Assembly: GCA_965223795.1 (NCBI GenBank)
Contig: CBDCXL010000002.1
Span: 2,464,001 to 2,528,000 of the forward strand
Source of the DNA: Nitrospinales bacterium
Lineage (GTDB): Bacteria; Nitrospinota; Nitrospinia; Nitrospinales; VA-1
Length of the DNA: 64,000 nucleotides
Reading direction: 5' to 3'
Below, piece by piece: positions 1 through 10,646 of the stretch. A model generated the notes under the pieces. It did no database searches and was not told the origin of the DNA. It worked only from the letters and a program-made list of their open reading frames with translations. Position 1 is the stretch's first letter; every line of letters starts with the position of its first letter. A program made the translations under genes and the position numbers.

Positions 1-6
1 ACAGCC

Positions 7-1704
7 ATGAACGACGAGACTCCGACCGCCGAGAGCGAGACGACCCACTTCATCAGCAACCTCATCGATGAAGACTTAAAGACGAACAAATACGACGGCC
101 GGGTCCACACCCGGTTTCCGCCGGAGCCGAACGGGTTTCTGCACATCGGCCACGCCAAGTCCATCTGCCTCAATTTCGGGCTGGCGCAGAAGTACGGCGG
201 GGTCTGCAACCTGCGTTTCGACGACACCAATCCGATCAAGGAAGAGGAAAAGTACATCGAGTCGATCCAGCAGGACGTCAAGTGGCTGGGCTTCGACTGG
301 GGCGAAAAACCGTTTTACGCTTCCGACTACTTTGATCAGCTGTACGACTACGCGGTGCAGCTCATCCAAGACGGCCTGGCCTACGTGGACGATCTCAACG
401 CGGACGAGATCCGCGAGCACCGCGGCACGCTGAGCGAGCCGGGCAAGGACAGTCCCTACCGCAACCGCGGCGTCGAGGAAAACCGGGACCTGTTCGAACG
501 CATGCGGGCCGGGGAATTCGCCGAAGGGGAGAAGGTGTTGAGAGCGAAGATCGACATGGCCTCGGGCAATCTCAACCTGCGCGATCCGGTGCTGTACCGC
601 ATCCTCAAGGTGGCGCATGTGCGCACCGGGGACAAGTGGAACATCTACCCGATGTACGACTGGGCGCATGGCCAGTCCGACTCGATCGAGCGCATCACCC
701 ATTCGATCTGCACGCTGGAGTTCGAAGACCACCGGCCGCTGTACGACTGGTTTCTGGAAAAACTCAACATCTACCGGCCGCGGCAGATCGAATTCGCGCG
801 GCTGAACCTCACCTACACGATGCTGAGCAAGCGCAAGCTCATCCAGCTGGTCAACGAGGGCCATGTGGACGGCTGGGACGACCCGCGCATGCCGACGGTG
901 GCCGGGCTCAGGCGCCGCGGCTACACGCCCGAAGCGATCCGTGAGTTCTGCGAGCGCATCGGCGTCGCCAAGAGCAACAGCACGGTGGACCTGGCGCTCT
1001 TGGAATACTGCATCCGCGAGGACATGAACAAAAAGGCGATGCGCGTGATGGCGGTGCTGAACCCGCTCAAGCTCGTGATCGACAACTACCCGGAAGGGCA
1101 GGTCGAGGAGCTGGAAGCGGAGAACAACCCGGAGGATGCGGGCATGGGCTCGCGCACAATGCCGTTTTCCAAAACGCTGTACATCGAGCGCGAGGACTTC
1201 ATGGAAGACCCGCCGAAAAAATACTTCCGCCTCGCTCCCGGCAAGGAAGTGCGGCTCAAGCACGCTTTCATCATCAAGTGCGAAAACGTGGTGAAGGACG
1301 ATAACGGCGAGGTGGTGGCCGTGCATTGCAGCTACGACCCCGAGACCCGCAGCGGCCAGGCGCCGGCGGGGAAAAAGATCAAGGGCACGCTGCACTGGGT
1401 GTCGGCCCAGCACGCGAAAACCGCCGAGGTCAGGCTCTACGACACACTGTTCACCAAAGAAAACCCGTCCGATGAGAAGGAATGTCCGGAGCTCACCTCC
1501 TGCCTCAATCCGGATTCGCTCAAGCTGCTCAAAGACTGCAAGATCGAGCCGGGCCTCGCCGCTGCGAAGCCGGGGGAGCGGTTTCAGTTTCTGCGCATGG
1601 GCTACTTCTGCGCCGACGCCACCTCGCAGGCGGACGCGCCCGTGTTCAACCGCACCGTGACCCTGCGCGACACCTGGGCGAAGATACAGAAAAAGGGCGG
1701 ATGA
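7..1704 (+). CDS. glnS: Glutamine--tRNA ligase
   Basis: [17 protein letters not shown] (HIGH) and MLSKRKL (KMSKS-like) motifs; typical GlnRS C-terminus [11 protein letters not shown]. Confidence 0.97.
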   Translation: MNDETPTAESETTHFISNLIDEDLKTNKYDGRVHTRFPPEPNGFLHIGHAKSICLNFGLAQKYGGVCNLRFDDTNPIKEEEKYIESIQQDVKWLGFDWGEKPFYASDYFDQLYDYAVQLIQDGLAYVDDLNADEIREHRGTLSEPGKDSPYRNRGVEENRDLFERMRAGEFAEGEKVLRAKIDMASGNLNLRDPVLYRILKVAHVRTGDKWNIYPMYDWAHGQSDSIERITHSICTLEFEDHRPLYDWFLEKLNIYRPRQIEFARLNLTYTMLSKRKLIQLVNEGHVDGWDDPRMPTVAGLRRRGYTPEAIREFCERIGVAKSNSTVDLALLEYCIREDMNKKAMRVMAVLNPLKLVIDNYPEGQVEELEAENNPEDAGMGSRTMPFSKTLYIEREDFMEDPPKKYFRLAPGKEVRLKHAFIIKCENVVKDDNGEVVAVHCSYDPETRSGQAPAGKKIKGTLHWVSAQHAKTAEVRLYDTLFTKENPSDEKECPELTSCLNPDSLKLLKDCKIEPGLAAAKPGERFQFLRMGYFCADATSQADAPVFNRTVTLRDTWAKIQKKGG

Positions 1705-1811
1705 TTGGATACAACGTACGCGTAAAGAACCCTCCTATGACTTTCGATCACAAAATATTTTAATAAATCGGGACATCTGGAAAATTTTCATTTCGTAACA
1801 GGAGATCGAGG

Positions 1812-2546
1812 ATGAAGAAGTTGGTGCTTTTAATGGGAGTGCTCATGGTATCTGGAACGGTTCACGCTGGCAGCGGAACGCAGTGGGATTATTCTGGCGC
1901 GGAAGGGCCTGAAAACTGGGGCAAACTCAGCCCGGAATTCACCGCCTGTTCGCGGGGAAAGAATCAGTCTCCGATTAACCTGAGCGCTTTCGTTGAAGCC
2001 GATCTAAAGTCTATTGGAATTCACTATCAGTCTGGTGGAACGGAGGTTGTCAATAACGGCCACACGTTGCAATTGAACTATGCCCCCGGAAGTGAGATCT
2101 CCATAAATGGTCGCAAGTTTGAACTCAAGCAGTATCATTTTCACGCCCCGAGCGAGAATCACATCAATGGGAAATCCTATCCATTGGAAGCGCATCTTGT
2201 GCATGCGGATGAGGATGGAAACCTTGCTGTCATCGCTGTGATGTTTGAAGAAGGAAAACCGAACGAATCCCTCGCCAAAACCTGGGCTGAAATTCCCGAC
2301 AAGGCCAACGACAAACACAAACTGTCCTCCCGTGTCACGGCTGAGGGTATTCTGCCTTCCGACAGAGACTACTACCGTTTCAACGGATCCCTCACCACGC
2401 CCCCCTGTTCCGAAGGCGTCGTGTGGCTCGTCATGAAGAAGCCCGTGACTGCGTCGAAAGATCAAATGGAGAAACTCATCCGGGTGATGCCGAAGCCGAA
2501 TAACCGTCCGCTGCAGGCGATAAATGCGCGTCCGGTTTTGCAATGA
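1812..2546 (+). CDS. cah: Periplasmic alpha-class carbonic anhydrase
   Basis: Signal peptide, QSPINL, Zn ligands QYHFH and EAHLVH, GSLTTPPCSEGV; AGGAG RBS. Confidence 0.95.
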   Translation: MKKLVLLMGVLMVSGTVHAGSGTQWDYSGAEGPENWGKLSPEFTACSRGKNQSPINLSAFVEADLKSIGIHYQSGGTEVVNNGHTLQLNYAPGSEISINGRKFELKQYHFHAPSENHINGKSYPLEAHLVHADEDGNLAVIAVMFEEGKPNESLAKTWAEIPDKANDKHKLSSRVTAEGILPSDRDYYRFNGSLTTPPCSEGVVWLVMKKPVTASKDQMEKLIRVMPKPNNRPLQAINARPVLQ

Positions 2547-2552
2547 GACCCT

Positions 2553-3614
2553 TTATCCAAACAACTTCATCTGCTTTTCATCGGCGTTGACGAAATGTTC
2601 GGTGGTCAGTTCCGGGCCCGGTCCGTCCAGCCCCGCCTTGCGGGCGGCCACGTCGAACATGTTTTCGATCTGCTCGGCAAAGACCCCCTCTCCGCGCATG
2701 CGCGACCCGAAGTTCGGGTCGTTCAGCTTGCCGCCGCGCAGAGCCTGTATGCGGTGCAGCACTTTGGTTTTTTTGTCCGGGTAATGCGTTTGAAGCCAGT
2801 CTGAAAAAAGATCCTTCACGCCGTAGGGCAGCCTGAGCACGGTGAAGCCCGCGGTTTCGGCTCCGGCTTCGGCGGCGGCATTCAGAATGTTCGGCAGCTC
2901 GTGGTCGGTGAGCGCCGGGATCACCGGGGCGGTCATGACGCCCACCGGGATGCCGGCCCGCTTCAGCGTTTTGAGGGCCGCCAGCCGTTGCGCGGGCAGC
3001 GAGGCGCGCGGCTCCATGTTGCGCGACAGCTCGGGATCGAGGGTGGTGATGGAGACGAACACCGCCACGCAGTTGAACTCGGCAAGCTGGGTCAGCAGGT
3101 CGAGGTCGCGGGTGACCAACTGGTTTTTGGTGATGATGCCGACCGGGTTGCGGAAGCGGAGCAGCACTTTCAGGCATTCGCGCGTGAGGCGCCATTTCTT
3201 CTCGCCCGGCTGGTAGACGTCGGTGATGCCGCTCAGGCCGATCGCCTGCGGTTTCCAGCGCGGGGCGCTCAGCTCCTGCTCCAGCAGCGACGGGGCGTTT
3301 TCCTTCACCAGGATTTTGGTCTCGAAATCCAGCCCGGCGGACAGCTCGAAATACTCGTGCGTCGGCCGGGCGTAGCAGTAGACGCAACCGTGCTCGCAGC
3401 CGCGGTAGGGGTTGAGGCCCACTTCTAGGCCCACATCGGGGCTGTCGTTGCGGGTCAGGATGCTGCGGCTGGAATCGGTGATGAAGACGGTTTCGAGGCG
3501 GGCGGGGGGCGGCGCGTCGTCCTCGGCGATGCGTTCGCTGGGTTTGAAGCGGTTGGCCGGATTGCCGGCGGCGCCGCGGGCTTTCGGTCGTGGATTCTGG
3601 CGAGAATGGCTCAT
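2553..3614 (-). CDS. Radical SAM protein, PA0069/Rv2578c (SPL-like) family
   Basis: NPYRGCEHGCVYCYARPTH (CxxxCxxC), TDVYQPGE, C-terminal FGSRMRGEG. Confidence 0.9.
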   Translation of the reverse strand: MSHSRQNPRPKARGAAGNPANRFKPSERIAEDDAPPPARLETVFITDSSRSILTRNDSPDVGLEVGLNPYRGCEHGCVYCYARPTHEYFELSAGLDFETKILVKENAPSLLEQELSAPRWKPQAIGLSGITDVYQPGEKKWRLTRECLKVLLRFRNPVGIITKNQLVTRDLDLLTQLAEFNCVAVFVSITTLDPELSRNMEPRASLPAQRLAALKTLKRAGIPVGVMTAPVIPALTDHELPNILNAAAEAGAETAGFTVLRLPYGVKDLFSDWLQTHYPDKKTKVLHRIQALRGGKLNDPNFGSRMRGEGVFAEQIENMFDVAARKAGLDGPGPELTTEHFVNADEKQMKLFG

Positions 3615-3798
3615 GTCCGGGCTCCTATTTTCGCTATATTTTCGCTTTTTGGGCCGGGCTTGTAAAGCAGAATTTAGCGAAACCGGAATCCCGCACCTGC
3701 CAGGCGGCTGGATGGAGATCGCGTGTATCCAGAGGGGGTTGTAATGGAAAACTTTAAGCGGATGTCGCGGAGTGAAGGGGAGCGTTCTGGCAGGCGGA

Positions 3799-4437
3799 TC
3801 AGAATCCCGCCACTCCGGTGACGGTGTCGGTGATGAGGCCCAGCGGGTCCTGCAGGAATCCCAGAGGATTGGTGTCTTCGGCGTTCTCTTCGATTTTAGG
3901 GTCGCCGCTGTGGATCTTGTAGACCACCTTCTGATTCTTCATGACGATGAAACCGACGAAGATCCATCCGCGCTTGCGGGTCTTGCGGTTGAACCGCAGA
4001 ACATCGAGGATGATGTTGCCGTGGCGCTCCTTGTCGATTTTTTTCGCCGAAACGACATAGCCGTTGCAGAAGTCCTTCGCGTCCAGGCAATCCGCCAGTT
4101 CCGGGTCGAGATCTTTTTTGGTGATCGACGGATTGGGCATGAATTTTTCGATCATTTCCAGGTAGGTGAGGACCTTGATGTTGGGCGTGTCGTAGGGATT
4201 GTAGCCCATTTTGTGGAGTTCCTGTTCGGAGGTGCGGTGCAGCTCGATGGCGTTGAAGGCGTTTTCCGCGTCCTCATAGGACTCCCACTGGGATTTATTA
4301 TTTTCGTTGGTTTTGGGCAGAAACCAGTGCGAGCATCCGGCGGCACTCAGAGTCAGGCAGGCCAGTATGATGGAAACCCCTGTTTTTTTTAAGGTAACCA
4401 ATTGCTTCCACCTTTCGAGGACGCATTGCGCAAACAA
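3799..4437 (-). CDS. Hypothetical lipoprotein (paralog of 4496-5110)
   Basis: Lipobox LSAAGC; shares ELHKMGYxP..TPNI, LADCL, RKTRKxGW and VVYKIxSG with neighbour; start uncertain. Confidence 0.75.
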   Translation of the reverse strand: MFAQCVLERWKQLVTLKKTGVSIILACLTLSAAGCSHWFLPKTNENNKSQWESYEDAENAFNAIELHRTSEQELHKMGYNPYDTPNIKVLTYLEMIEKFMPNPSITKKDLDPELADCLDAKDFCNGYVVSAKKIDKERHGNIILDVLRFNRKTRKRGWIFVGFIVMKNQKVVYKIHSGDPKIEENAEDTNPLGFLQDPLGLITDTVTGVAGF

Positions 4438-4495
4438 CTCCTATTATAGGATAACCGAAGTGATCCTGTTTGCCTTATGAATTTTTTAAGGTGCG

Positions 4496-5110
4496 CTAGA
4501 AAAGCAGTCCGGTGGTGGCGTTGGAAAGATCGGAGAGGATGGATTCCGGTTCCTGCAGAAATCCCAAAGGATTGAAATTTGCCTGGTTTTCCTCGACGTT
4601 GGGCCGGCCGCTCCAGATTTTATAGACCACCACGTCGTGCTTGAGCGCCAGAAATCCCTTGAATTCCCAGCCGGTCTTGCGTGTTTTGCGCTGAAAACGC
4701 AGGATGTCGAGGACGAAGTTGCCGTGCCGCTGGGAATGGATGCGCCGCACGGCCAGGCTGTACGCCTTGCAGCCCTTTTTGACTTTGAGGCAGTCGGCCA
4801 GTTCCTCGTCGAGGTCCTCCTTGGTGAAGCTCTGGTTGGGCATGATGGAGCTGATGATTTCCAGGTGGGTGAGGATGCGGATGTTGGGCGTGTTGAAGGG
4901 GTCGTAGCCCATTTTGTGCAGTTCCTCGACGCGCGTGCGGTGCGGGACGATGGCTTCGAAGGCGTTTTTGGCGTCCTCGAAAGTCTCCCAGGAGGACTTC
5001 ATGTTTTCCTTGGCGGTGGGAAGCATCGTCGCGCAGCCGGAAGCGAGCAGGGCCGCCCAGACGGTGCACGTCAACTTGAATGAGAGACTCACGGGAAAGG
5101 AAAGAAGCAA
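4496..5110 (-). CDS. Hypothetical lipoprotein (paralog of 3799-4437)
   Basis: Lipobox LLASGC; same motifs as neighbour; start uncertain. Confidence 0.75.
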   Translation of the reverse strand: MLLSFPVSLSFKLTCTVWAALLASGCATMLPTAKENMKSSWETFEDAKNAFEAIVPHRTRVEELHKMGYDPFNTPNIRILTHLEIISSIMPNQSFTKEDLDEELADCLKVKKGCKAYSLAVRRIHSQRHGNFVLDILRFQRKTRKTGWEFKGFLALKHDVVVYKIWSGRPNVEENQANFNPLGFLQEPESILSDLSNATTGLLF

Positions 5111-5270
5111 AGCGCTGCCTCAATCAGCGTGATTCGATGGAATTTCAGGATCAGCCGATGATAACAGACCGGATGCGGTCTGACTTTATTATTTCACAAA
5201 AAATATGAACAAATGCCGGGTAAGTTCAGGCGTGCTTGCGAAATGAGGGCGAAGTGCGCGGTTCAAACCA

Positions 5271-5762
5271 TCACACGCTGCCGGGGGTTGCGGGCCGGGT
5301 GAGGGGCCATTCGCGCGTCAGGACAGGCGGCTTTGCAGGGTCGAGGTAGGCTTTGACGACGATTATCCCCTTCGCGTCGTCGGACTGCACGACCAGCTGC
5401 TTTTTCAAATCGGGATTGGATTGGCGCGGCACCAGGGCCACGTTTTTGGGGATGATGGGAGCGCGGATCGAGCGCGCCTGTTCCAGCTCGTAGGGATCGG
5501 CCGTGTTCTCGGAAGGCGGCCATTCGGCGGTGCCGAATGCGGAAAACATCCAGTTCACAAACTCGGACGGCCTGCCGTCCGGGTACAGGACCCAGAACGA
5601 AGAACGCTGAAGCTGTTTTTTGGCCGAGAGATAACGCACCACATGCGCCGCCCGGTCCAGTTCCGGCGGCGCCGAATTCCCGCACGACGCGATGAAAAAA
5701 GCCAGCAGGCAGGCGATGAAACAGCGCGGGTTTCGTTTTAAGCTTAAGGCAATGACGTTCAA
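5271..5762 (-). CDS. Hypothetical lipoprotein
   Basis: TTG start with AGGAG RBS overlapping upstream stop; lipobox FIASC. Confidence 0.7.
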   Translation of the reverse strand: MNVIALSLKRNPRCFIACLLAFFIASCGNSAPPELDRAAHVVRYLSAKKQLQRSSFWVLYPDGRPSEFVNWMFSAFGTAEWPPSENTADPYELEQARSIRAPIIPKNVALVPRQSNPDLKKQLVVQSDDAKGIIVVKAYLDPAKPPVLTREWPLTRPATPGSV

Positions 5763-5772
5763 AGCCGCTCTC

Positions 5773-5874
5773 CTAGGGGTTCATGGCGTTCAGGAACAGG
5801 GCCTGCAGTCCCATGGCGATGGCGACCAGAATGGCCAACGCCAACAGGGCGTTTTTTCCTCTGCGATCGTTCAT
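5773..5874 (-). CDS. 33-aa single-TM small protein MNDRRGKNALLALAILVAIAMGLQALFLNAMNP (not in ORF track)
   Basis: ATG with AGGAGA 6 nt upstream; basic N-terminus then hydrophobic helix; stop overlaps RBS of next gene. Confidence 0.65.
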   Translation of the reverse strand: MNDRRGKNALLALAILVAIAMGLQALFLNAMNP

Positions 5875-6319
5875 GGGCCGTCTCCTACTTGTTGTGCGGG
5901 TTTCCACCTATTGGGAAGCAACCCCCGTTCCAAACGGTCAACATTCGGGATATCAGGGATTTTAATTTTCGGCCGGTTGGCACAGACCCGTTCGCCTGGT
6001 CACATTTGTGATCACCGCATTGCGTCTTTTCGGATCGGTCGAGCCGGTTTCAAGGCAACCGGCCGGTGGAGGCTGGAAGCGGCGGGTTCTTGCTCGGAAT
6101 TTCACCGTAATTCCCTAATTTTTTAGTGCATTTTTCAGTTTCATCCATTAATTTAGAACTTAGGAGAAAAGTGGTTGCGGAAGAGAAATCAGGCGGTTCG
6201 TTCCTGCCTTTTTCTCACGCAAAGTATATTCGAATCCAATTTCAATCGGAGCTGTTTGCCTTTTTTCGCAGACGGATTGCCGGTTTCCCCCTCATTCTTG
6301 AACTTCGTGGTGATCTGAA

Positions 6320-8812
6320 ATGAACAAACCCGAGCTGCCGCACGTGGACGACCCGACCAACGGAAAAAACGCCGAGGCCCTGAAACGGTCCTTCAACACC
6401 CACCTCAAATACACGCTGGCCAAAAACAAGAACCGGGCCACCAAACTCGACCTTTTCAAGAGCCTGGCTCTGGTGGTGCGGGACCATCTGGTGGAGAAAT
6501 GGATCGACACCAAGAACCGGCAGTACGGTGAAGACGCGAGGCGGGTGAATTACCTGTCGATGGAATACCTGGTCGGACGGGTGCTGCGTCAGAACATGGC
6601 CAACCTCGGCCTGATGGATGAATTGCGTAAGGCCGTCGCCGAGCTGGGCTACGATTTTGAGGAGCTGGAAGCGATGGAGGTGGAAGCGGGGCTTGGCAAC
6701 GGCGGCCTGGGACGGCTGGCTTCCTGCTTTCTGGAGTCGATGGCGACGCTCGATATTCCGGCGAACGGCTACGGCATGCGTTACGAGTTCGGCATCTTCC
6801 ACCAGCGATTCGCCAACGGCTACCAGGTGGAGGAGGCGGACAACTGGCTCAGGCTCGGCAACCCCTGGGAGATCCCGCGGCCCGAGCACGTGTATCCGAT
6901 CAAATTCTACGGCCGGGTGCAGCACGTCACGCTGGCGGACGGGACCGAGACCTACGAGTGGGTGGACACGCACGACAACGTGATGGCGATGGCGCACGAC
7001 ATCCTCATTCCGGGATATCAGAACGACACGGTGAACAGCCTCCGGCTGTGGGGCGCCCGCTCGATGAACGATTTCGATTTTCAGCATTTCAACGAGGGGG
7101 ATTACATCCAGGCGGTGAGCGAAAAGCAGGACACCGAAACGATCTCCAAGGTGCTGTACCCCAACGACAAGTCGATCCAGGGACGCGAGCTGCGTCTCAA
7201 GCAGGAATATTTTTTCGTTTCCGCTTCGTTGCAGGACATCCTCGCGCGCTACAAACGCAGGCATTCCACGTTCGATGCGTTCAGCGACAAGGTCGCGGTG
7301 CAGCTCAACGACACGCATCCCTCGCTCGCCATACCGGAGTTGATGCGCATCTTCGTGGACGAGGAACGCATGACCTGGGACAAAGCCTGGGAGATCACCT
7401 GCCGGACGATGGGCTACACCAACCACACGGTGCTGCCCGAGGCGCTGGAAAAATGGTCGGTCGATCTCATCGGCCACGTCCTGCCGCGGCACCTGCAGAT
7501 CATCTACGAGATCAACCACCGCTTCATGCAGCAGGTGGCCGACCGGTTCCCGAACGATCCCGAACGGCTGGCGCGCATGTCGATCATCGAGGAAGGGCCG
7601 ACGAAGTTCGTGCGCATGCCGCAGCTTTCGATCGTCGGCAGCCGCGCGGTCAACGGCGTTGCGGCGCTGCACACGGAGATTCTGAAAACCAGCCTGTTCA
7701 AGGATTTTGAGGAGATGTATCCCGGCCGCATCCACAACATGACCAACGGCATCACGCCGCGGATCTGGCTCAAGGAATGCAACCCCGAATTGTCCCAGCT
7801 CATCACCGACACGATCGGCCCTGGCTGGGTGCGCGACCTCTCGCGGCTCAAGCAGCTTCTGCCCTATGCCAAGGATCTGGCGTTCTGCGAACGCTGGGAT
7901 CAGGTCAAGGAGAACAACAAGAAACATCTCGCCGCCTACATCGAAAAAACGCAGGGCATCCGCGTCAATCCGGATTCGATGTTCGACGTGCACATCAAGC
8001 GCATCCACGAATACAAGCGGCAGCTCTTGAACATCCTGCACGTCGTCACGCTGTACACGCGCATCAAGAAGAACCCGGCGGGCGACCACCTGCCGCGCAC
8101 GGTGATCTTCTCGGGTAAGGCCGCTCCCGGTTACGCGATGGCCAAGCTCATCATCAAGCTGATCAACAGCGTTGCGAAAACCGTCAACGCCGACGCGGAG
8201 GTGGGCGACCGGCTCAAGGTGGTGTTTCTGCCCAACTACTCGGTGTCGCTGGCGGAAAAAATCATTCCCGCGGCGAACCTGTCGCAGCAGACCTCCACCG
8301 CCGGCATGGAGGCTTCCGGCACGGGCAACATGAAGCTTGCGCTCAACGGTGCGCTGACGATCGGCACACTGGACGGCGCCAACATCGAGATCCTCGAGGA
8401 AGTGGGCGAGGACAACATCTTCATCTTCGGGCTCAAGGCCGGCGAGGTGGGCGCCATGCAGGCGAACGGCTACCGGCCCAGGGATCTCTACCTGAAGTAC
8501 CCGGAACTCAAGCAGGCCCTCGACATGATCCAGGAAGGGTTTTTCACGCCCGAGGAACCGCAGGTGTTCCGCCCGCTCATCGAATCGCTGCTCGATCACG
8601 GCGACCGCTTCATGGTGCTGGCGGATTTTCATTCCTACAGCCAGACGCAGCAGAGGATCGAAGAGGAATACCGCGATCCTTCCCTGTGGACGGAAAAATC
8701 CATCATCAACGCCGCCAACATGGGGAAATTCTCCAGCGACCGCACCATCAGCGATTACGCGCGCGATATCTGGAAGGTGCCGGTCAGGCAGCCCGAGACG
8801 TCAGATCCATAG
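6320..8812 (+). CDS. glgP: Glycogen/starch phosphorylase
   Basis: GLGNGGLGRLASCF, KRIHEYKRQLLN, PLP-lysine motif EASGTGNMK. Confidence 0.97.
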   Translation: MNKPELPHVDDPTNGKNAEALKRSFNTHLKYTLAKNKNRATKLDLFKSLALVVRDHLVEKWIDTKNRQYGEDARRVNYLSMEYLVGRVLRQNMANLGLMDELRKAVAELGYDFEELEAMEVEAGLGNGGLGRLASCFLESMATLDIPANGYGMRYEFGIFHQRFANGYQVEEADNWLRLGNPWEIPRPEHVYPIKFYGRVQHVTLADGTETYEWVDTHDNVMAMAHDILIPGYQNDTVNSLRLWGARSMNDFDFQHFNEGDYIQAVSEKQDTETISKVLYPNDKSIQGRELRLKQEYFFVSASLQDILARYKRRHSTFDAFSDKVAVQLNDTHPSLAIPELMRIFVDEERMTWDKAWEITCRTMGYTNHTVLPEALEKWSVDLIGHVLPRHLQIIYEINHRFMQQVADRFPNDPERLARMSIIEEGPTKFVRMPQLSIVGSRAVNGVAALHTEILKTSLFKDFEEMYPGRIHNMTNGITPRIWLKECNPELSQLITDTIGPGWVRDLSRLKQLLPYAKDLAFCERWDQVKENNKKHLAAYIEKTQGIRVNPDSMFDVHIKRIHEYKRQLLNILHVVTLYTRIKKNPAGDHLPRTVIFSGKAAPGYAMAKLIIKLINSVAKTVNADAEVGDRLKVVFLPNYSVSLAEKIIPAANLSQQTSTAGMEASGTGNMKLALNGALTIGTLDGANIEILEEVGEDNIFIFGLKAGEVGAMQANGYRPRDLYLKYPELKQALDMIQEGFFTPEEPQVFRPLIESLLDHGDRFMVLADFHSYSQTQQRIEEEYRDPSLWTEKSIINAANMGKFSSDRTISDYARDIWKVPVRQPETSDP

Positions 8813-8917
8813 CCCACCCCGTGCGCAGGCGCTGCGCGCGCCGGATGGGCCCGCGATCTCTCCTTTGAGGATGCCCATCGCGAAACCGCCGGTGATCCCG
8901 TTCGCGATCCCCTTCCG

Positions 8918-8952
8918 CTCCTCCCGCGCGGAGGGCGCGTTTGCTCACGCCG
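8918..8952. repeat. REP-like element CTCC(T/C)GCGCGGAGGG-N4-TTTGCTCACGCCG, copy 1
   Basis: Same motif recurs three times at 10647-10789. Confidence 0.7.
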
Positions 8953-9228
8953 CGCACCGGTCCCTGATATCAATCCGAACGTTTTCGTTCCGTCCGCAGT
9001 CTTTTCGCAGGGCGGATTTTTTTGAATAGCGGATCTGTGAGCCTGGAGTGCTGCCGGGATGCGCTGGCAGCGAACCCGCAATGCCCGCTCCCCAGCGTGG
9101 TCATCGGATGTTACAATGTGCGATCGAGGTTTGCGAGACTGCGTGATGCCTGCGTGCCCGTGCGGGTCCGTATTTTCGGAAGGCGTGAATCTGAGTCATG
9201 CGATTGAACTAGAGTGTTTGAGGTTGCG

Positions 9229-9738
9229 ATGATCGAATGCCCGTGCGGGTCCGTATTTCCCTACACCGACTGCTGCGCGCCGCTGATCCGCGGCGTGAGC
9301 CACGCCGACACGGCGGAGGACCTGATGCGTTCGCGCTACACGGCGTTCACGCAGCAGAACTGGCTGTACCTGCGCGACTCCTGCCACCCGGACGACCGGC
9401 CGGAGCTTGCGGAGCTGGAATCGGGAGGCGGCCTCAAATGGCAGCGCCTGGAGATTCTGGAGAGCAAGGGCGGCGGCCGCGGCGATCAGGAAGGCACGGT
9501 GCGGTTTCAGGCGTTCTTCAAAAAGGACGGCGAGGAGAAGGTCCTGCGCGAGGCCTCGAAGTTCATCCGGGAAGGCGGCCGGTGGTATTATTCTCCCAAA
9601 GACTCGCATGCCGAGCCCCAGCGCACCGAGGCGGCGCCGTCCGGCAAACCCTTCGTGCGGGAGAAAGCCAAGGTGGGGCGCAACGATCCGTGTCCCTGCG
9701 GCAGCGGCAAGAAATTCAAGAAATGCTGCGGCAAATGA
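9229..9738 (+). CDS. ychJ: YchJ family protein with N- and C-terminal SEC-C motifs
   Basis: [40 protein letters not shown]. Confidence 0.9.
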   Translation: MIECPCGSVFPYTDCCAPLIRGVSHADTAEDLMRSRYTAFTQQNWLYLRDSCHPDDRPELAELESGGGLKWQRLEILESKGGGRGDQEGTVRFQAFFKKDGEEKVLREASKFIREGGRWYYSPKDSHAEPQRTEAAPSGKPFVREKAKVGRNDPCPCGSGKKFKKCCGK

Positions 9739-9756
9739 AAATTCTGTTTGCGTGAA

Positions 9757-9933
9757 ATGATGAAAGACGAGAAAAAGAAACCCGGTCCGCCGCCGGAAGA
9801 GGGCGGCAAACCCGGCGACAGCGAAGAGAAGGACGGCAAATCCCCGCCGGATGAAAAGGACTCGCGTCTGGCGCCGCGTTCCGGTCAGCGGCCGGCGCTG
9901 CCGTTCAAGCGCAAGCCGCCGTCGGTGAAATGA
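9757..9933 (+). CDS. Small Lys/Pro-rich hypothetical protein
   Basis: 58-aa ORF filling the gap downstream of ychJ; no clear RBS. Confidence 0.4.
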   Translation: MMKDEKKKPGPPPEEGGKPGDSEEKDGKSPPDEKDSRLAPRSGQRPALPFKRKPPSVK

Positions 9934-9942
9934 ATCCGTGCG

Positions 9943-10566
9943 TCACGGTGCGTTGAGCAGGGCGACGATGGCCGCTTCGGTTTCCTTGTAGCGGCCTTCG
10001 CCGAAATGGGTGAAGCGCACCACGCCGTCTTTGTCGATCAGGTACTTCGCCGGCCAGTAACGGTTGCGGTAGGCCCGCCACAGTTTGAAGCCGTTGTCCA
10101 TCGCGATCGGGTACTGCAGTTCGTAATCCTTCACCGCCTTGACGACGTTTTTGGGAATGCGCTCGAACTTGAACTCGGGCGCGTGCACGCCGATGACCAC
10201 CAGCCCCTTGTCGGCGTATTTTTTATGCCATTTTTTCACGTAGGGCAGGGTGTTGATGCAGTTGATGCAGGAATAGGTCCAGAAGTCGATCAGCACGACC
10301 TTGCCGCGCAGTTTCTGCATGGACTCGATGGGTTGGGTGTTCAGCCAGTTGGTGAGCCCGCGGAACTCGGGCGCTTCGTACAGGGTGGGCAGCTTCGCCT
10401 CGCCCGAAACGTTTGCCGGCGTCACGGAAAACACCACCGCCAGAATCACCGCCGCCAGCAGGCCGCATTGCAGGACAGGGGTCTTCTCCTGCAATGTTGA
10501 CAGCAGACCGTTTTGTTTCCCGATCGGTTTGACGGCGCGTTGCGTTCGATTCCCGGGGCTGTGCAT
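9943..10566 (-). CDS. Exported thioredoxin-like protein (DipZ C-terminal/TlpA type)
   Basis: GKVVLIDFWTYSCINC, GVHAPEF, NRYWPAKYLID; GAGGAGG RBS. Confidence 0.9.
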   Translation of the reverse strand: MHSPGNRTQRAVKPIGKQNGLLSTLQEKTPVLQCGLLAAVILAVVFSVTPANVSGEAKLPTLYEAPEFRGLTNWLNTQPIESMQKLRGKVVLIDFWTYSCINCINTLPYVKKWHKKYADKGLVVIGVHAPEFKFERIPKNVVKAVKDYELQYPIAMDNGFKLWRAYRNRYWPAKYLIDKDGVVRFTHFGEGRYKETEAAIVALLNAP

Positions 10567-10646
10567 GCGTTCCTCCTCTTAGGGTGACGGCGGAAAATTG
10601 TCGATCGTTGCGGTTGGTGTCTGGATTCGGCCGCGAACCTTACATC

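Noticed and set aside
76..8632. Long antisense ORFs such as 76-1413 and 6242-8632 (also 20039-22054, 25973-27697, 45002-46726, 56770-58398)
   Set aside because: Shadows of real genes caused by high GC3 codon bias; no motifs of their own
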